This document shows positions 62,601-64,000 of a stretch of DNA of 64,000 nt, in pieces (the first letter of the stretch is position 1; every line of letters starts with the position of its first letter). A program made the translations under genes and the position numbers. The DNA comes from Alloascoidea hylecoeti (lineage: Eukaryota): contig BCKZ01000007.1 of NCBI GenBank assembly GCA_001600815.1, positions 792,059 through 856,058 of the forward strand, written 5' to 3'. The notes under the pieces were generated by a model. The model ran no database searches and had not been told where the DNA came from. It worked only from the letters and a program-made list of their open reading frames with translations.

Positions 62601-64000
62601 ATACTCATGGTTATTAGTACCCAATTTCCAACAAAATAAACTTAGGTTAAGACGAGTAATAGATGTTTTTGTATTCTACATATATATAATCAACTACATA
62701 GGAGCAATTGCAATTGAAATTGAGTGTCTTGAATCGACGTAATTATATATCATTTAAGATCATCCGAGTATTCACAATTTCACACCAATTGATGCAAATG
62801 AGAATTAAAGTGAATGCAGCTGCAGTTATCTGCAACCGTCCGTACTCGTTTGATTTTATATACCTGTGTTTCTTATTTATTTACGAATGAAATGATAAGA
62901 AATTTTATTTATGCTATATGTATTATATATATTTATCTACTTTCTCGTGATCCACGCTTGCAATTGGTTGTAGGCATGGATTTCAAACGCTGATTACGTT
63001 TATAATTTTCAATTTTCAAGCTTCATTTTGAAAAACCTGTACCCTTGTAAGAAGCCTATAACCTTCTTTGAAAAATTAAAAAATGCAGTGTATGAAAAAC
63101 ACATAATTAATTAATGCAATTGTTTTTAATTATCAATCAAAAATAAAAAGCAAACACAATATTAATTACCATATAAAATCAATTTCAAACGGATTTTATT
63201 GATATAATATTTTATTTATATTTCTTATGATTCATTATAAATAATATGTGGATCCGATTTCCTCATTCATATAAATCATCACATCAACTGATAGGTGGTG
63301 TGGCTGTTGGATCATCGTACCTAAAATTCTGCATTCCAGGCCACCTGCAAGACAATATTTACGTACACGCAGTATAAGAGGTTCGTAATTCTGCAAATCA
63401 TTTCCAACATCATAAATTTAGAATTAATATATTCCAGTCTTCTTAAGTTCTTATCGATATCTTATAAAAATAATGATATTCAAAAATTTCTCGGTATTCG
63501 AGAAGAAATATGATGCATAAGCGATCATTGGAATTAAGAAATTTCTCGGTTGCGGTAAGTATATAAGTTTATATGTCGATCACCACCTTCCTATATATTG
63601 AATTAAGTTTGCCGTTAGAAAAAACATTTAAAAAGTGCTCAACTGCATTGGTGCATAAACCTTCAAGGAACCACAACCTTTTTGTATTGTGTATACCAAA
63701 TATTAATAAAACCTCTTCACAATCGATCCACAGTTAGCTATCTACGTTGGTATCCCCACTAGTTCACAGCATGCAAGTCATATAGATAAAACTTAGCTTG
63801 TGGTATTATGAGAAATCAGTATAGAATCTATAGATAAGAAAATATATAAATGTAAATAAACCATTTCATTTTCAACTTTTCGTATAAGTTTGTGTTTTGG
63901 TATCTAACATCTTTGAAACAATTAATACTTTATAATACTTTATAATTGTCGTGCTTATATACAGTTGACGTTTTAAAAATTTTTGTGTAATAGCTTTAAA

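Noticed and set aside
63238..63420. About 60 open codons on the minus strand
   Set aside because: No upstream start or splice support and no recognisable homology.

Overview
AT-rich budding-yeast (Saccharomycotina) chromosomal DNA with short spliceosomal introns (GTAAGT/GTATGT...CTAAC...YAG). It apparently uses the standard code: CTG occurs at conserved Leu sites in CDC53, PP2A and the SNF3-like gene. The left 24 kb keeps a gene order known from S. cerevisiae chr IV (CDC53, MRX19, RPL41, PPH21/22, RBS1, RPL35, ARF1, SNF3/RGT2). It is interrupted by decayed mobile elements (Tc1-like, pogo/Fot1-like, two LTRs), by non-syntenic gene relics (BZZ1, cytochrome b5 reductase, ARK1/PRK1) and by two apparently related orphan membrane-microprotein loci. 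The middle holds tRNA-Ser(AGA), MSE1 and a 1.6 kb near-perfect inverted duplication of a GT34 glycosyltransferase. That duplication encloses a GNAT gene that seems to sit between degenerate TIRs. The right part has SSE1, IRA/neurofibromin, a PH-domain gene, a Pot1/Cdc13-like OB-fold candidate, an SDR, a BAR-SH3 gene and a C2H2 factor with a long gene-free upstream region. All calls come from manual reading and recalled family motifs; no searches were run.
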